From the NCBI RefSeq assembly GCF_006345805.1, contig NC_043005.1, positions 41,602,001 to 41,666,000 on the forward strand: 64,000 bases of DNA, in the 5' to 3' direction. This document shows positions 1 through 12,657 of the stretch, one piece after another. Position 1 is the stretch's first letter. The number at the start of each line of letters is the position of its first letter. Made by a program: the position numbers and the translations under genes. The notes under the pieces were generated by a model. It was not told the origin of the DNA. It saw nothing but the letters and a program-made list of their open reading frames with translations, and searched no databases. Origin of the DNA: Octopus sinensis. Its lineage: Eukaryota.

Positions 1-30
1 TAGATGGAAACTGAAAGAAGCCCGTCGTGC

Positions 31-63
<33 letters not shown>

Positions 64-150
64 TGTATGTATGTATGTATGTATGTGTGTATATGTTTGT
101 ATGTCCTGTGTTTGTCCTCCCATTTGAAACCAGCATTTGTATGTTCAAAA
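1..150 (+). mobile_element. SINE family A fragment with internal (TATG)n
   Basis: Starts with GATGGAAACTGAAAGAAGCCCGTCG, shared with intact family A copies, then a microsatellite and a degenerate tail start. Confidence 0.65.
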
Positions 151-601
151 GATAGTGATCTAGCAGAATCGTTAGCGAGCCAGGTAAAATATCTTGCAGC
201 ATATCATCCGTTTCCACGTTCAAATTTGGCCGAGGTCCACTTTGACTTTAATAATTTAGGGTCCGATAAAATGAGCACTGGGGTTGATATAATCGGCTTA
301 CATCCCTCCCCCGAAATCGCTGGCTTTTGTACCAAAATTTGAAAGCAATATTTTTAAATGTTGCCCAAGTTGTCTACAGTTTGAGCAATTGTAACTTTGC
401 GGAGACTTGTTAGACTACATGCGGTTCATTCTGTCAAATATATATTTCGATGTAAAGTCCTTCTTAGATTTCTGCGTCATTGTTCCTCGACTTATAATGC
501 GCAATACCATGGTGCATTTGATGTAGGGTTGTGCATTTTATTTGATCTTACATTTAGCACTACTTACACATATTAACGTCGTAGTCCTTCAATATGTGGA
601 A

Positions 602-980
602 GCACTCCGTCGGTTACGACGATGAGGGTTCCGGTTGATCCGAATCAACGGAACAGCCTGCTCGTGAAATTAACGTGTAAGTGGCTGAGCACTCCACAGA
701 CACGTGCACCCTTAACGTAGTTCTCGGGGATATTCAGCGTGACACAGAGAGTGACAAGGCCGGCCCCTTGAAATACAGGTACAACAGAAACAGGAGGTAA
801 GAGTGAGAGAAAGTTGTGGTGAAAGAATACAGCAGGGATCACCACCATCCCCTGCCGGAGCATCGTGGAGCTTTTAGGTGTTTTCGCTCAATAAACACTC
901 ACAACGCCCGGTCTGGGAATCGAAACCGCGATCATATGACCGCGAGTCCGCTGCCATAACCACTGGGCCATTGCGCCTCC
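602..980 (-). mobile_element. tRNA-derived SINE family C
   Basis: Minus strand begins GGAGGCGCAATGGCCCAGTGG (Pol III A box) with TTCGATTCCC (B box); near-identical copy at 5546-5915. Confidence 0.85.
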
Positions 981-1074
981 ACCCTTCTATATAGAGACTT
1001 ATTGAATATTGATGTATGGGGGTTTCTATATTCGATTTAGCGGTTTAGATATGTCATTATATTACAATACATAA

Positions 1075-1460
1075 GGCGGAGAGCTGGCAGAATCGTTAGC
1101 ACGCCGGGCGAAATGCTTAGCGGTATTTCGTCTGCCGCTACGTTCTGAGTTCAAATTCCGCCGAGGTCGACGTTGCCTTTTATCCTTTCGAGGTCGATTA
1201 AATAAGTACCAGTTACGCACTGGGGTCGATATAATCGACTTAATCCGTTTGTCTGTCCTTGTTTGTCCTCTGTGTGTTTAGCCCCTTGTGGGTAGTAAAG
1301 AAATAGTTATTTCGTCCGTCTTTACGTTCTGAGTTCAAATTCCGCTGAGGTTTTTCATCCTCTCGGGGTCGATAAAATAAGTACCAGTTGGGCACTGGGA
1401 TCGATGTAATCGACTATTTCTCTCCTCCAAATTTCAGACCTTGTGTCTATAAGTAGAAAG
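1075..1460 (+). mobile_element. SINE family B (MetaSINE-like), 1.5-mer composite
   Basis: Head GGCGGAGAGCTGGCAGAATCG and GTTCAAATTCC B box; central GCCTTT..ATCCTTTCG.GGTCGAT.AAA..GTACCAG resembles the Meta domain as I recall it; second partial unit from about 1308. Confidence 0.85.
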
Positions 1461-2004
1461 TATTGTTTTACAATACATAAGTTACAAGTCTTAGACCAAT
1501 AAAATTGCTTCGGAAAGATTAAATCACCTGAAAGACTTTTTGATAAAATTGAAATATTACTACGCAAAAGCAAAATTTAGTTCACGTTTCCCATAACTAC
1601 TAACATGGTTACAAAAACAAACAACCAGAATACATTCTTGATAGCAGAATGCGCAATACTTTTATAATCACCTTCTTTGTATCCACTTTTAATAGAAATT
1701 GATTCATTAAAATATTTTGAGTTTCGGTTTAGGATTTAAAAAATTACGATGGGTTGTCCAAATTTCGTTAAGATTGTACAACACAGGAATCGCCCACTTA
1801 TAAATATTCATTTATCTCTCAAACACGTGAAAGCGTCAATATATATAATTTGTTCCACTGAGAAGCATCTATCAATACTAGATTAACTTAAAGCTCTCCA
1901 GGACTGAGCCTCTCTTAGATAATACTTATAAGAGGATTTGAACTGAATACTTCAAATGAAAGCAATGTTTAGCCACCATACAATCTTGGTTTAATATAAA
2001 TTAA

Positions 2005-2328
2005 GGCCCTTCGTCGTTTGCAATGACGAGTGTTCCAGGTGGTCCGATCAACGGAACAGCCTGCTCGTGAAGTTAACGTGCAAAGTGGCTGAGCACTCCA
2101 AAGACACAGTATTGATGATGTAGTTCTTAAGTAGATTCAGCGTGATACAGAATGCGGAAAGGCCGGCCCTTTGAAATACAGGCACTACTCATTGCTGCCA
2201 GCTGAGTGGTTTGGAGCAACGGGAAATAAAATGTCCAGTTCAAGGACACAACACACCGCTGTGTATCGAAATCGCTACCTTACGATCATGAGCCGAATAC
2301 CCTAACCACTAAGCCATGGCGCCTTCAC
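2005..2328 (-). mobile_element. Degenerate SINE with family C tail and family D-like head
   Basis: Shares CAACGGAACAGCCTGCTCGTGAA..TAACGTGCAA with 602-980; head resembles 37915-38154. Confidence 0.7.
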
Positions 2329-2458
2329 TTGATATACATTAATCGACACCTGCACATACAGACAGTCCCAACGCCGGAGATTTATATTTAATTTCCCGAA
2401 ATAATTTCCACTTATCTTTGTTGCGAGAAAAAATTTCGATATCTTATCTTTATCTTTT

Positions 2459-2665
2459 ATCTTTTACTTGTTTCAGTCATTTGACTGCGGCCATGCTGGA
2501 GCACCGCCTTTAGTCGAGCAAATCGACCCCGGGACTTATTCTTTGTAAGCCCAGTACTTATTCTATCGGTCTCTTTTGCCGAACCGCTAAGTGACGGGGA
2601 CGTAAACACACCAGCATCGGTTGTCAAGCAATGCTAGGGGGACAAACACAGAAACACACACACAT

Positions 2666-2696
<31 letters not shown>

Positions 2697-2867
2697 CATA
2701 TATACGACAGGCTTCTTTCAGTTTTCGTCTACCAAATCCACTCACAAGGCATTGGTCGGCCCGGGGCTATAGCAGAAGACACTTGCCCAAGATTCCACGC
2801 AGTGGGACTGAACCCGGAGCCATGTGGTTGGTTAGCAAGCTACTTACCACACAGCCACTCCTGCGCC
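2459..2867 (-). mobile_element. tRNA-derived SINE family A (CORE-like), full length
   Basis: Minus strand begins GGCGCAGGAGTGGCTGTGTGG, has GGTTCAGTCCC (B box-like) and CTTGGGCAAGTGTCTT (CORE-like), an internal TA/TG microsatellite and an (GATAAAA)n-type tail; highly similar to 49134-49557. Confidence 0.9.
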
Positions 2868-3166
2868 TGAAGTAAAATTTGTCGAGAATTTTTGTGGTCG
2901 ACATTCAACATAGCACCATAAACCTGAATTACCTAAATCCATACCACTGGTCTCATTGATTTATTTGCCATATTTCACTTATGTAACATAAGCAATTCTT
3001 TTTTTTTACTTGTAAAAATCCGTGAGCAGATCAAAATAAGGTTGAGAATGGCACATTTTAGAACGTATCCATAGCTACTACTTTTCCTGTAGAGTGGGGA
3101 GCATTATACGGTCGGTTGCTAAAAAGTCATGGAAACAGAAACAAGATTAGGCGTAGTGCAGCTGTT

Positions 3167-3168
<2 letters not shown>

Positions 3169-3260
<92 letters not shown>
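3169..3260. repeat. (TCTA)n microsatellite
   Basis: Direct tandem TCTA. Confidence 0.95.
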
Positions 3261-4070
3261 CCACCTCTCTCTCTTACTATATATATATTATTTTGTGTGA
3301 TATGTACGATTAATATTAACCCATGCTCACGTTCTTCATGTGTTAAATATCAATACTAGTATATAATAATATAGCGATAGCTATTATGAAGAGTATGGTT
3401 TATATCTTCATAAGTATATATATATTTTTTATTTATATGAGACGCACTTTCTCCATAAATATCTTTTTTATTTTAATCGAGGGATTGTTGTATGCAATTT
3501 ATACAACTGTTTTTCTACAAGATGATTTCTTTGTTTTCGTTTGTATAATAAAACCATGTGTTCGTTCTATCACTTTTGAGAGTAAATATTACTTCTCTAC
3601 GCGAACTTATTGCTTGGAAACTAATGAGTGGTTGAAAACCGTTAGCGTTGAGTGTGTAATAGTATATCCCATAGGCCTGTAGTCATAAAACGTTAATTAC
3701 CTACATGGTTTTTCTGACCTTTTATATGTATAATTCGGCGCAAGGATTTAAAGCGTTGTGGTTTTACTTCAATATTATTTATAATGCGGAGGGAAAAATA
3801 CCTTCGCTGGAGAGGGTACATGAGATAATAGACCAACGGATAGCGACGACTTGAGCTATTTAAATGCTACTTGAAACTTTGTTTTCTACAGAAAGCACAC
3901 ATATTAACCAAATATAATCCTAGTTGTTAAGTAAAACTGATTTTCTGCTATTGAAGGCATCCTTTCGACGATGTCAGTTTTGTATACAACAATAAATACC
4001 TTAGTGACATGTTCTTAATAAATAACATATTCTTAGTCACATTGATGAAGATATGAGGGCTACTACTACA

Positions 4071-4125
<55 letters not shown>

Positions 4126-4227
4126 TTACTTTTGAAATATAAACCGACTATTTATTTGTTACAAGGACAGAGGAGTTACAAACGCGAAATGCCCCCGTCC
4201 CACCAAAAGGTGTTGTATTGAACGACA

Positions 4228-4258
<31 letters not shown>

Positions 4259-4554
4259 GTTAAATTACTTGACGTTTGTATAAATAATATAATCAGATAA
4301 TATTCCAAAAATAATAAATTAACACCATCCAGGAGGAGACTGGATAATCCACAAAAACTTGATGGAGGGCAACACAAAGGTAAGTCGCTTCTAGTTTGCA
4401 GTCAGTGTAATCTTTGTATGGAATTCAACACATCTTATTTTATTCCGACAATCAGATGAATGTCATGTCAAAAGCTGACAAAGAGAGATTTGTTGGAAAA
4501 TAAAAAGGCAATTCCTGACTCAAATCTTGTAGCTTGTTCTCCGCCATCTTTTAT

Positions 4555-4845
4555 CTTTTATCTTTTACTTGGTTCAGTTATTAGGTTACGGTCATGCTGG
4601 GACAATGTTGTGAAGAGGTTTTAGTCGATCGGATTGACATCAGTAATTTGTTTTCTTTTAAGCCTGTTATTTATTCTACTGGTGTGTCGACAGGCTTCTT
4701 TCAGTTTCCGTCTATCAAATCCACTCACAAGAAATTTGGTCGGCCTGAGGCTATAGTAGAGAATACCTGCCCAAACTGATACTCAGCGAGATTGAATTCA
4801 CAACCATGTGGTTAGGATGCAAACTCCTTACCACAGGGCCAAGCC
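4555..4845 (-). mobile_element. Degenerate SINE family A
   Basis: CAGGCTTCTTTCAGTTTCCGTCTATCAAATCCACTCACAAG matches family A. Confidence 0.75.
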
Positions 4846-5499
4846 CTAGTTTGATTCTTATCAACACGACACTAAAGATAGCTTCCACACTTCTTTGAAC
4901 AAAGAGTTGCTGCAACTAACAATAAATTTCTCCACATTGATCCTGTCAACTAACTAATCCCTTGTGATGTGTCAACATTTTACGAAGTGTCCTGTAAACG
5001 CCTTAACTTCAAAATCATATATTTATATTTATATGTAGAAACATAAATTCAGACATACCCGTTTTAATCAACACGCACAGCAGTTTGACACTAGCATGAA
5101 CTATATTTATTGGACGTCTTAATATTGAGTGATGAATAACTCGGATTTCACTCTCCAATTCTTACTGGAAACAACGTCTGTTTTTATTTGCAGTATGTGG
5201 CCGAAGAACCAATCACGTAGACGTATTTTGTATCCATTTAGACATGACAAATTATTCTTTGCCATTAAAATACACTTTACAATGAAAAGTGGGAATAGCA
5301 ACGAAAATTTATCTATATCGTACATGCTTTCAATCTGTCGATAGCATTCATTGAAGAGAATTCCTGTTGAACGTTAAAAAATTATATTTTATTCATTTAC
5401 ACACACACACACGTATACGTGCGCACACACATACTTCCCCGCCGAACGAACTTCACCGTAGAATATTTGCTTAAGCAAACCACCACTATCTCATAAGAA

Positions 5500-5539
<40 letters not shown>

Positions 5540-5545
5540 AATACG

Positions 5546-5915
5546 GCACTCCGTCGGTTACCACGACGAAGGTTCCAGTTGATCCAATCAACGGAACAGC
5601 CTGACATTAACGTGCAAGTGACCGAGCATTCCACGGACGCATGTACCCTTAACGTAGTTCTCGGGGAGATTCAGCGTGACAAAGAGTTTGACAAAGCCGG
5701 CCCTTTGAAATAGAGGTACAACAGAAACAGGAGAAAAGAGTGAGAGAAAGTTGTGGTGAAAGAGTACAGCAGGGTTTGCCACCACTCCCTGCCGGAGCCT
5801 CGTGGAGTTTTAAGTGTTTTCGCTCAATAAACACTCACAACGCCCGGTCTGGGAATCGAAATCGCTATCCTACGACCGCGAGTCCGCTGCCCTAACCACT
5901 GGGCCATTGCGCCTC
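5546..5915 (-). mobile_element. SINE family C
   Basis: Colinear with and highly similar to 602-980. Confidence 0.85.
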
Positions 5916-5938
5916 ACACACACACGTTTGTGTGTGTA

Positions 5939-6060
<122 letters not shown>

Positions 6061-6809
6061 ATGTATATATGTATGTTTCTGAGAATGCAACTATACTGAA
6101 ACAATTCCCTACATATAAAAGTAGTACGGCGCTCAGGATGTGCGGTTCTTTGCAAGTTAAAAAGGTTACGTACATTCCAATACGTCATCTTAAGATCTGA
6201 TGTTTTCGAGGATGTCATTTGGCTATGATTTAACTCACAGATTTGTTGAACATTTGTATTTTACCTGCGTGAGTGAACAACTGCCAAGCGTTAGGAGCTG
6301 GCCCCTGTGTTAGTGACAAGCTTTGCTTAGACCATCTTTTCTCGGTTCCTCTTGTCAACAGCTGAGTAGTGCTATCTTTGAAAAGAGCTAATTAATCACT
6401 CGGGGTGCTGCCGAACCTCACCTCTGTGATTATTTGAAGATGAAGGGACCAGTATCGCATGCCACCAACTGGTACATGTATTAGCAATTATATACTCCTA
6501 ATTTGTTAGCCCCGTATGCTTCACTGCAATCCCATCACCGCAGGGAGTTTTTTGCATGTTCGTGTACCGTTCCGAATATTCAAGAGGTTCCTGTACATGA
6601 ATTTGTTTTGAGTGAATAAAGTATTGCGCAACACTGAATTCACTTTCAACACTATCAGCTATAACACCGGTGGCACAACAGAATTTGAACTACCAGAAAC
6701 CCAATTGCACTTAAGGTTTTTATACGAGTTTCCCTTCTAGAAGGAAGTTCTAACGAGACCTTGGGGTCCTTCACCTCTAGTGGTCAGGAGACTCTCAATT
6801 GCAGTACAA

Positions 6810-7260
6810 GTTTGTCAGTTTCTAAGGCATGTGATGCATTTGGGAAGCTTGTATCGAAATTCTGGTCGCAATTGAACATCAAAACAGCACCTGGAGCCGA
6901 GGTCTAGCAAAAATGCATCTTCACAACGCTGGTGTATGGATGCGAGACCTAGACAACTTACCGCAGGCATATACAACGTCTCCAGTGATTCCGGCAGCGA
7001 TGCATGCGTACTATCCTGAAGTTCGCTTGGTGGTTTCATGCGCTTGATACGAGAGTATAGCAGCATGATGCATATCGAGTTCATGATTATGAAACGGCAA
7101 TTTAGATGGTTTAGTCATCTTGTCAGTTTAGAGGGCACTTGCATGCCAAAACAGGTGGTATATTATGGACTGGTGTGAGGAAAAAGTGTCCAGTGCAGGA
7201 AATGCAAGCGTTTCAAAGACAATCTTAAAGATACAAAATACTACCGCTTTCGAAGAATTC
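6810..7260 (+). mobile_element. Decayed RTE-clade LINE, reverse transcriptase C-terminal region
   Basis: Conceptual translation through stops: TLVYGCET*TTYRRHIQRL..QRCMRTILK and MKRQFRWFSHLV..MPKQV..KRFKDNLK, matching the RTE LLYGCETW, LRW.GH and RFKD motifs. Confidence 0.75.
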
Positions 7261-7284
7261 GAGAACATCAAGGTAGCGCACACT

Positions 7285-7530
7285 GAGGCGCGCGGCTTAG
7301 TTATTAGGGTGTTGAACTCGTGGTCAAAAGATTGTGGGTTAAATTCCTAGACCGGACAATGCGTTGTGTTCTTGAGCAAAATACTTCCTTTCCCGTTGCT
7401 CCAATCCACTCAGCTGGCAAAAATGAGTAATCCTGCGACGGACTGGCGTCTCGTCCAGGTGGATAATTTATACGCCATGAAACCTAGAAACTAGCCCTTA
7501 TGAGTCGGCATGACTCCAAAAGGTAACTTT
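7285..7530 (+). mobile_element. SINE family D
   Basis: tRNA-like head plus TTGTGTTCTTGAGCAAAA..GTTGCTCCAATCCACTCAGCTGGCAAAAATGAGT, shared with 37915-38154 and 63494-63832. Confidence 0.8.
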
Positions 7531-8048
7531 ATTTAATTTTACTTTACACTGAGATGAAACGTACTGGTAAATTTATATAAGATGTGAACCCTCCTCCTGA
7601 GAGGGCACAAAAGTGTCCCTTTCGTGTAAATGGTATGGTAGTGCTTCTCAAAGACAGATCTGCTCAGCTACAAGTGTACTCATGGAGATGCCACTGTCTA
7701 ACAGTGTGATATCTGGCATGATCTGTCGTATACCTTGCGTAGCAGAGTGTGTCAGCCAGTGGACTCACTCGGCATTGTAGGTCCTAGCATCTAGATGGTC
7801 GGGCTGTTGATTGGACTGAGGCATAGCTTGCAGTAGGCGTGGAATGACTTGTAAGTTCCTTGCAGGCGTTAGGGGCCATATGAGACGTCATCAACGATCT
7901 AGAGACCAAATATGGGACATTTCTTTGAATTAAATGAGTCTAGGAAGTAGTATTACTCAGCCACAAATTGACTTCCACCATCCATGCATGGGGTTGGTTA
8001 GCCGCTTGGTATGTATATGTATATGCATGAATATATTTATGTATGTAC

Positions 8049-8119
<71 letters not shown>

Positions 8120-8164
8120 ATATATACTGATATTATGGGTAATTGTATTTTTTAACTAAGTTAT

Positions 8165-8382
8165 ATTGGTTTAAAATTTTAGCACGACCCAGTCACTTTG
8201 GGGGAGAGAATAAGTCGATTACATCGATCCCAATCCACTAGTACTCAACTGGTACTTATTTTATTGACCCCAAGAGAATGAAAAGTAAAGTCAACCTCAG
8301 CAGAATTTCAACTCAGAAACGGACGAAAACCCCCTATGCATTTTGCCCAGCCGGCTTACGATTCTGCCAGCTCACCGCCTTA
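8165..8382 (-). mobile_element. SINE family B, degenerate
   Basis: CTGGTACTTATTTTATTGACCCC and CTGCCAGCTCACCGCC match family B. Confidence 0.8.
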
Positions 8383-8849
8383 TAAGTAATATTTCATCCT
8401 TTATGCAAATTGAATTCTCCTAATACCTGTTGACTTATACAACACAACTTACACACCCCTATACGACGGACGGCTGCATAAATTCATTTAGTTCCTACCA
8501 CATGGTCGAGAAGCAGACTTCGTAGTTACAGCCATATTTCTACCTACATATAAAATGTATGAGTAATATATTCATATCTATTGTCAAGAATGAAAAGCAT
8601 TTAATTAAATATCATGGATATCGAATCAATCATGTTGTTTTCATGATATCTTTAAGCGCAAAACAGGAGTGATTTGAAAAGTCACGGAGCATATTATTGG
8701 ATGGTATTCTAGGAAGTTGTTACACTCAACATCAAAATTTCGTCGAAAATTATATGGCATTTAAAAATTTATTTATCTTCTACAAAGCCATGGATGCCCT
8801 CCATATTCTCATTTCCATTCTCAGTAATAGTCAAATTTTTAACATAGCT

Positions 8850-9062
8850 ATTGGTTTCAAATTTTGGCACACGGTCAGAAATTTCGGGACAGGGAGTTCG
8901 TCGATTACATCGAACCCAGTACTCAACTGGTATTTATTTCATCAAACCTGATGAAGGTCAAAGTCGAATTCAGTGGAATTTGAACCCAGAACGTGAAGAC
9001 GGACGAAATGCCGCTAAACATTTTTGTTTAGCGTGCTAACGCTTCTGCCAGCACATTGCCTT
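8850..9062 (-). mobile_element. SINE family B, degenerate
   Basis: Same Meta-like core and head as other family B copies. Confidence 0.8.
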
Positions 9063-9573
9063 TGTACATATAAATATTAAGCCATCGTATTGGTTATGTT
9101 AGATATTTCAAATATCACTGTTCGCGTGCACAGGAAGACTGAATGTAGACGTGTCAACAAATATTACGACGTTGTTTCTAACAAGTGAGTTAGACTGCTG
9201 CATTTTGTCCTATAATGCAGATAGAAAAAAGGCTCTGATAAATGAAAAAAATAATCTACATACTTATTCACCTTGACGTTTATCGTTGAAAGTTCCAGCT
9301 TGGGAGTACAAACTTACCTCCGAAAGAAATATTTACGAAATCACTTAATAGATAAGAAAGACATTTAAAAAAAAACGCATATATGCTTTCAAAATACCGA
9401 GTAAAGAAAAATTCATTAAAAGCTTTTAAACTTTATAATAACTATGTCTATTTTTTCCGTCGCTACATTGCCGGTAAAAATATTTGTTAACATGCACGTA
9501 CCTTCATAAATTGTTCAATGTGAAAGTTATTTTTTTAAAGTCAGTGTTGGGCTGTTTATATGTTGAAAGACCT

Positions 9574-9623
<50 letters not shown>

Positions 9624-9967
9624 ACACACACACACCACACACACACACACACAAATCATAAAGGAAAGTAACGCAGAGAATGAACGAGTATTTTTAAGCT
9701 TTGTATGATATAAAGTGGTTCAGTAAGCCGACGAACCTCAATAACGTAAGCCTGTAGGTTCAATTACGCAAGGCAATGCACCCGGCTTCTTCGTCAGAAT
9801 CATTCTATCCACCACTGTATGCCACCCTTGCTAAGCTTGTCTCTGAGAATTCTTAGCGGAATATTGAATCATTATATCACCATCGCTGCTTATAATACAA
9901 ATCTTCTAAAACAGCAAATGGTCTAAACTTAGTCATTTTCATTTGCAATATCTGCCTTAGCATTTTA

Positions 9968-10107
9968 AACATTCGGATTACATATCTTCAACGTCTACAA
10001 TCTGCAAACAACTAGTAACAGGAGGTGGAATTTATGCGATAATTGTTGCACATTGTTTACTAGTTGTTTTCAGATTGTAGACGTTGTAGATATGTAATCT
10101 GAATGTT
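9968..10107. repeat. Long inverted repeat (52/53-bp arms, 35-bp spacer)
   Basis: 9968-10019 is the reverse complement of 10055-10107 with 3 substitutions and one 1-nt indel. Confidence 0.9.
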
Positions 10108-10634
10108 CCTTTTTAATATGTTTTTACTGTTACATTAGCCGGTCTCTTTCTTTGCTTGAAAATCATGGCTTTTCTAAATTGAGATTTAGACTTTTACTAA
10201 CATAATCAAAGGCACCAATGTTTATTGATATAATCGTTTATGTATAATCGGATTAGAGGAGCAGCATTTTTCAAAGCAGTTGTCCAGAAATATTCGAGAT
10301 GTTCGCCACTTCAGGACAGTTAAACTTCATGTCTACACATGATATTTTTTAGTATCCCCAAATACCTACTTCAGGCCTATTTTATTTGCACATGGCAGAA
10401 GTTTTGATGGGAATAAAAAGAAAAACAACCGTTTGCTAATCTAGGCTTCTTTACGTTAGTTTTGCTCCTGAGAAAATTTCTTCAAAAAAAAAAAAAATAG
10501 TTATTCTCTCCGCTTTCAAATCTTGTGCTGATGGCATCGTGTGTGTGTGTGTGTGTGTGAGTGTGTGTGTGTGTGTGTATTTACGTACGTATCTATGCAT
10601 GTATGCATGTATGTACGTACGTATGTATGTCTGT

Positions 10635-11605
10635 CGAGGCTGAAGGCAAAACAGGAATGCTGTTAATGGAGGACGCAACACTGACAGCGCACTCTGAGGA
10701 GCAAATGCAACACCTCATGGATAAATCCTGAAAGGCTTGTCATGAATTCAGCCTGGCAATCAGCCTGAAGAAGACCAACGTACTGAGCCAACAACTACAA
10801 GCTGCTGGTAGTCCATGAATTCACCTACCTCGGCTCTACCGTTTCTGGCAACCTTTACCTAGACCCTGAGATTTGCAGGTGAATTGGACGAGTATCATCC
10901 ACATTTGCCAGGCTCACAAAGAGAGTCTGAAAAACAAAAACATGGCTGCAAACATCAAGAGTGTTGTCTATAAGCCGTGCGTCATCAGTACGCTACTTCA
11001 CGGTATTGAGACATGGAGCCTCTACTCCAGACAGGAGCGACGTCTCAACGTCTTCCAGCTTCGTAATTTAAGACGCACCTTGGATATCAAGTGGACCGAC
11101 TACATCAACAACACCGAAGTCTTCAACCGCACCAAGATACCCGGTATACGCACCCTGCTCCAGCAGCACGGTTTGTGCTGACTCGGTCATGTACATCGCA
11201 TGCTGGATGGGAGGATCCCCAAAACACTTCCAGTGTGGGGAGCTGGTCACCGGCACAAGAGCACGGACACAACCTCATATTCGTTTCAAGGACGTCTGCA
11301 AGAGAGATATGAAGTCAATAGATCTGGACGTCTTGAGATGGGAAGAGGTCGCAAATGATCGCCGACGCTGGAGACAAACACTGCGAATGGGATGAAGGGA
11401 GCAGAAGAGAAATAGGAACTCCCCACCAAAGAAAAGCGCATTCAACGGAAGGAAAACTAGTAGCGCCGGTAGAGAGCTCCTTCAAATGAAGTCACTGTAT
11501 GCGTGACTACCACTCTCGTGTGGGCTTGTACAGCCACAGCTGTACAAGCCCACACAATTTCTTCGGGCGCAGAGCCATGGTCTATGGAGACCGAAGGATG
11601 CCTAC
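10635..11605 (+). mobile_element. RTE/BovB-type LINE 3' fragment, 5'-truncated and decayed
   Basis: Motifs EFTYLGST, CVISTLLHGIETWSLYSRQERRLN, LGHVHRM.DGRIPK, RFKDVCKRDMK, DRRRWRQ and C-terminal RDYHSRVGLYSH; frameshifts and stops; ends in (TATG)n. Confidence 0.92.
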
Positions 11606-12472
11606 TGTGTATGTATGTATGTATGTATGTTGTATGTATGTATGTATGTATGTATGTATGTATGTATGTATGTATGTATGCATGTATGTATGTCTGAATT
11701 TAAGTTATCTTTGCAGAATTCAAGTCAGTCGCAAAGTCCGAGTGTTCTTTTGCTTAAGTCAAGCTTACTTTTAAGATTTGTCATTATCTGAATTAGTTGG
11801 TGCTTATGGATAAACTTGCACTCCTTTAGTAGGTGTGCATGTCACTTGAGGTCCACAAGTGTGTGTGCCTCATTATTGTCTATATGTGTACATCTGTGTA
11901 TTCCATAGTTGGTGATTGTGTGTATGTTTTCAACTCAGGGATCTTCCATGGAGAATCCGTGGAATACAAATTTTCATTCTATCTCCAATAGATTATATCT
12001 GGTGTATACGAATCAAATCGAATGCATTTATATAAATGTATGTATAATATATGTATGTATGTCTGTGATTGAGAGAGACTCCATACATTTGAAGATGTAG
12101 ACGTCATCTGTCTTAGGTAGAGACATCAACACCTGATGAAGTTATGGGGTGGCCGTCGTACAATAAGTGTTTTTGAACCTATAAACACGGTGGGACCTGT
12201 TCCTCTTGAAATCCGGTCGCAACCAATTTCTCCAGGATAGAGAGCGAGAGAAAGAGAAAGAGAGCGAGAGAGAAAGAGAGAGAGAGAAAGAAAAAGAGAG
12301 CGAAAAATAGCTTGAAGGAGAAAGAAAAATCCATTCCATAATTCGTATTTCATTTGTCAATCTACAGAAGTTCAAATGCGAAGTTGACCACAGCAGAGAA
12401 TTGATCCTGGGGTGCAGGAGCGCCGTAAGGTATTTTATCCAACAATGTAACATCTCTGTCAATACAGCTTTC

Positions 12473-12518
<46 letters not shown>

Positions 12519-12520
12519 GC

Positions 12521-12552
<32 letters not shown>

Positions 12553-12621
12553 GCACATATATATACATACATATGAATATATATGTATATATATGTATAT
12601 ATATGTATAACTATATATATG

Positions 12622-12657
<36 letters not shown>

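Noticed and set aside
602-980. tRNA genes at SINE heads
   Set aside because: A and B boxes are present, but there is no full cloverleaf or T-run terminator and they continue into SINE bodies.
2621-2875. Recurring ORFs such as MSSNARG..FSFRLPNPLTR..TEPG.MW (also 26473, 32113, 49122)
   Set aside because: They are antisense translations of SINE family A copies, not a protein family.
4297-4510. Plus-strand exon-like segments (ATGGAGGGCAACACAAAG|GTAAGT at 4381; acceptor ending 4456)
   Set aside because: Good splice signals, but every joined frame hits a stop within about 20 codons; at most non-coding or decayed.
9700-9800. Minus-strand CTGACGA..AAGCCG/CGGCTT..GAAC hammerhead- or pseudoknot-like segment
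   Set aside because: GAAC instead of GAAA, and no adjacent stem III or stem I; the short helices compete and could be chance.
11939-12424. Candidate exons at 11939, 12121 and 12368-12424, and a CTGATGA at about 12133
   Set aside because: No consistent phase chain or recognisable protein, and no GAAA with stem II for a ribozyme.
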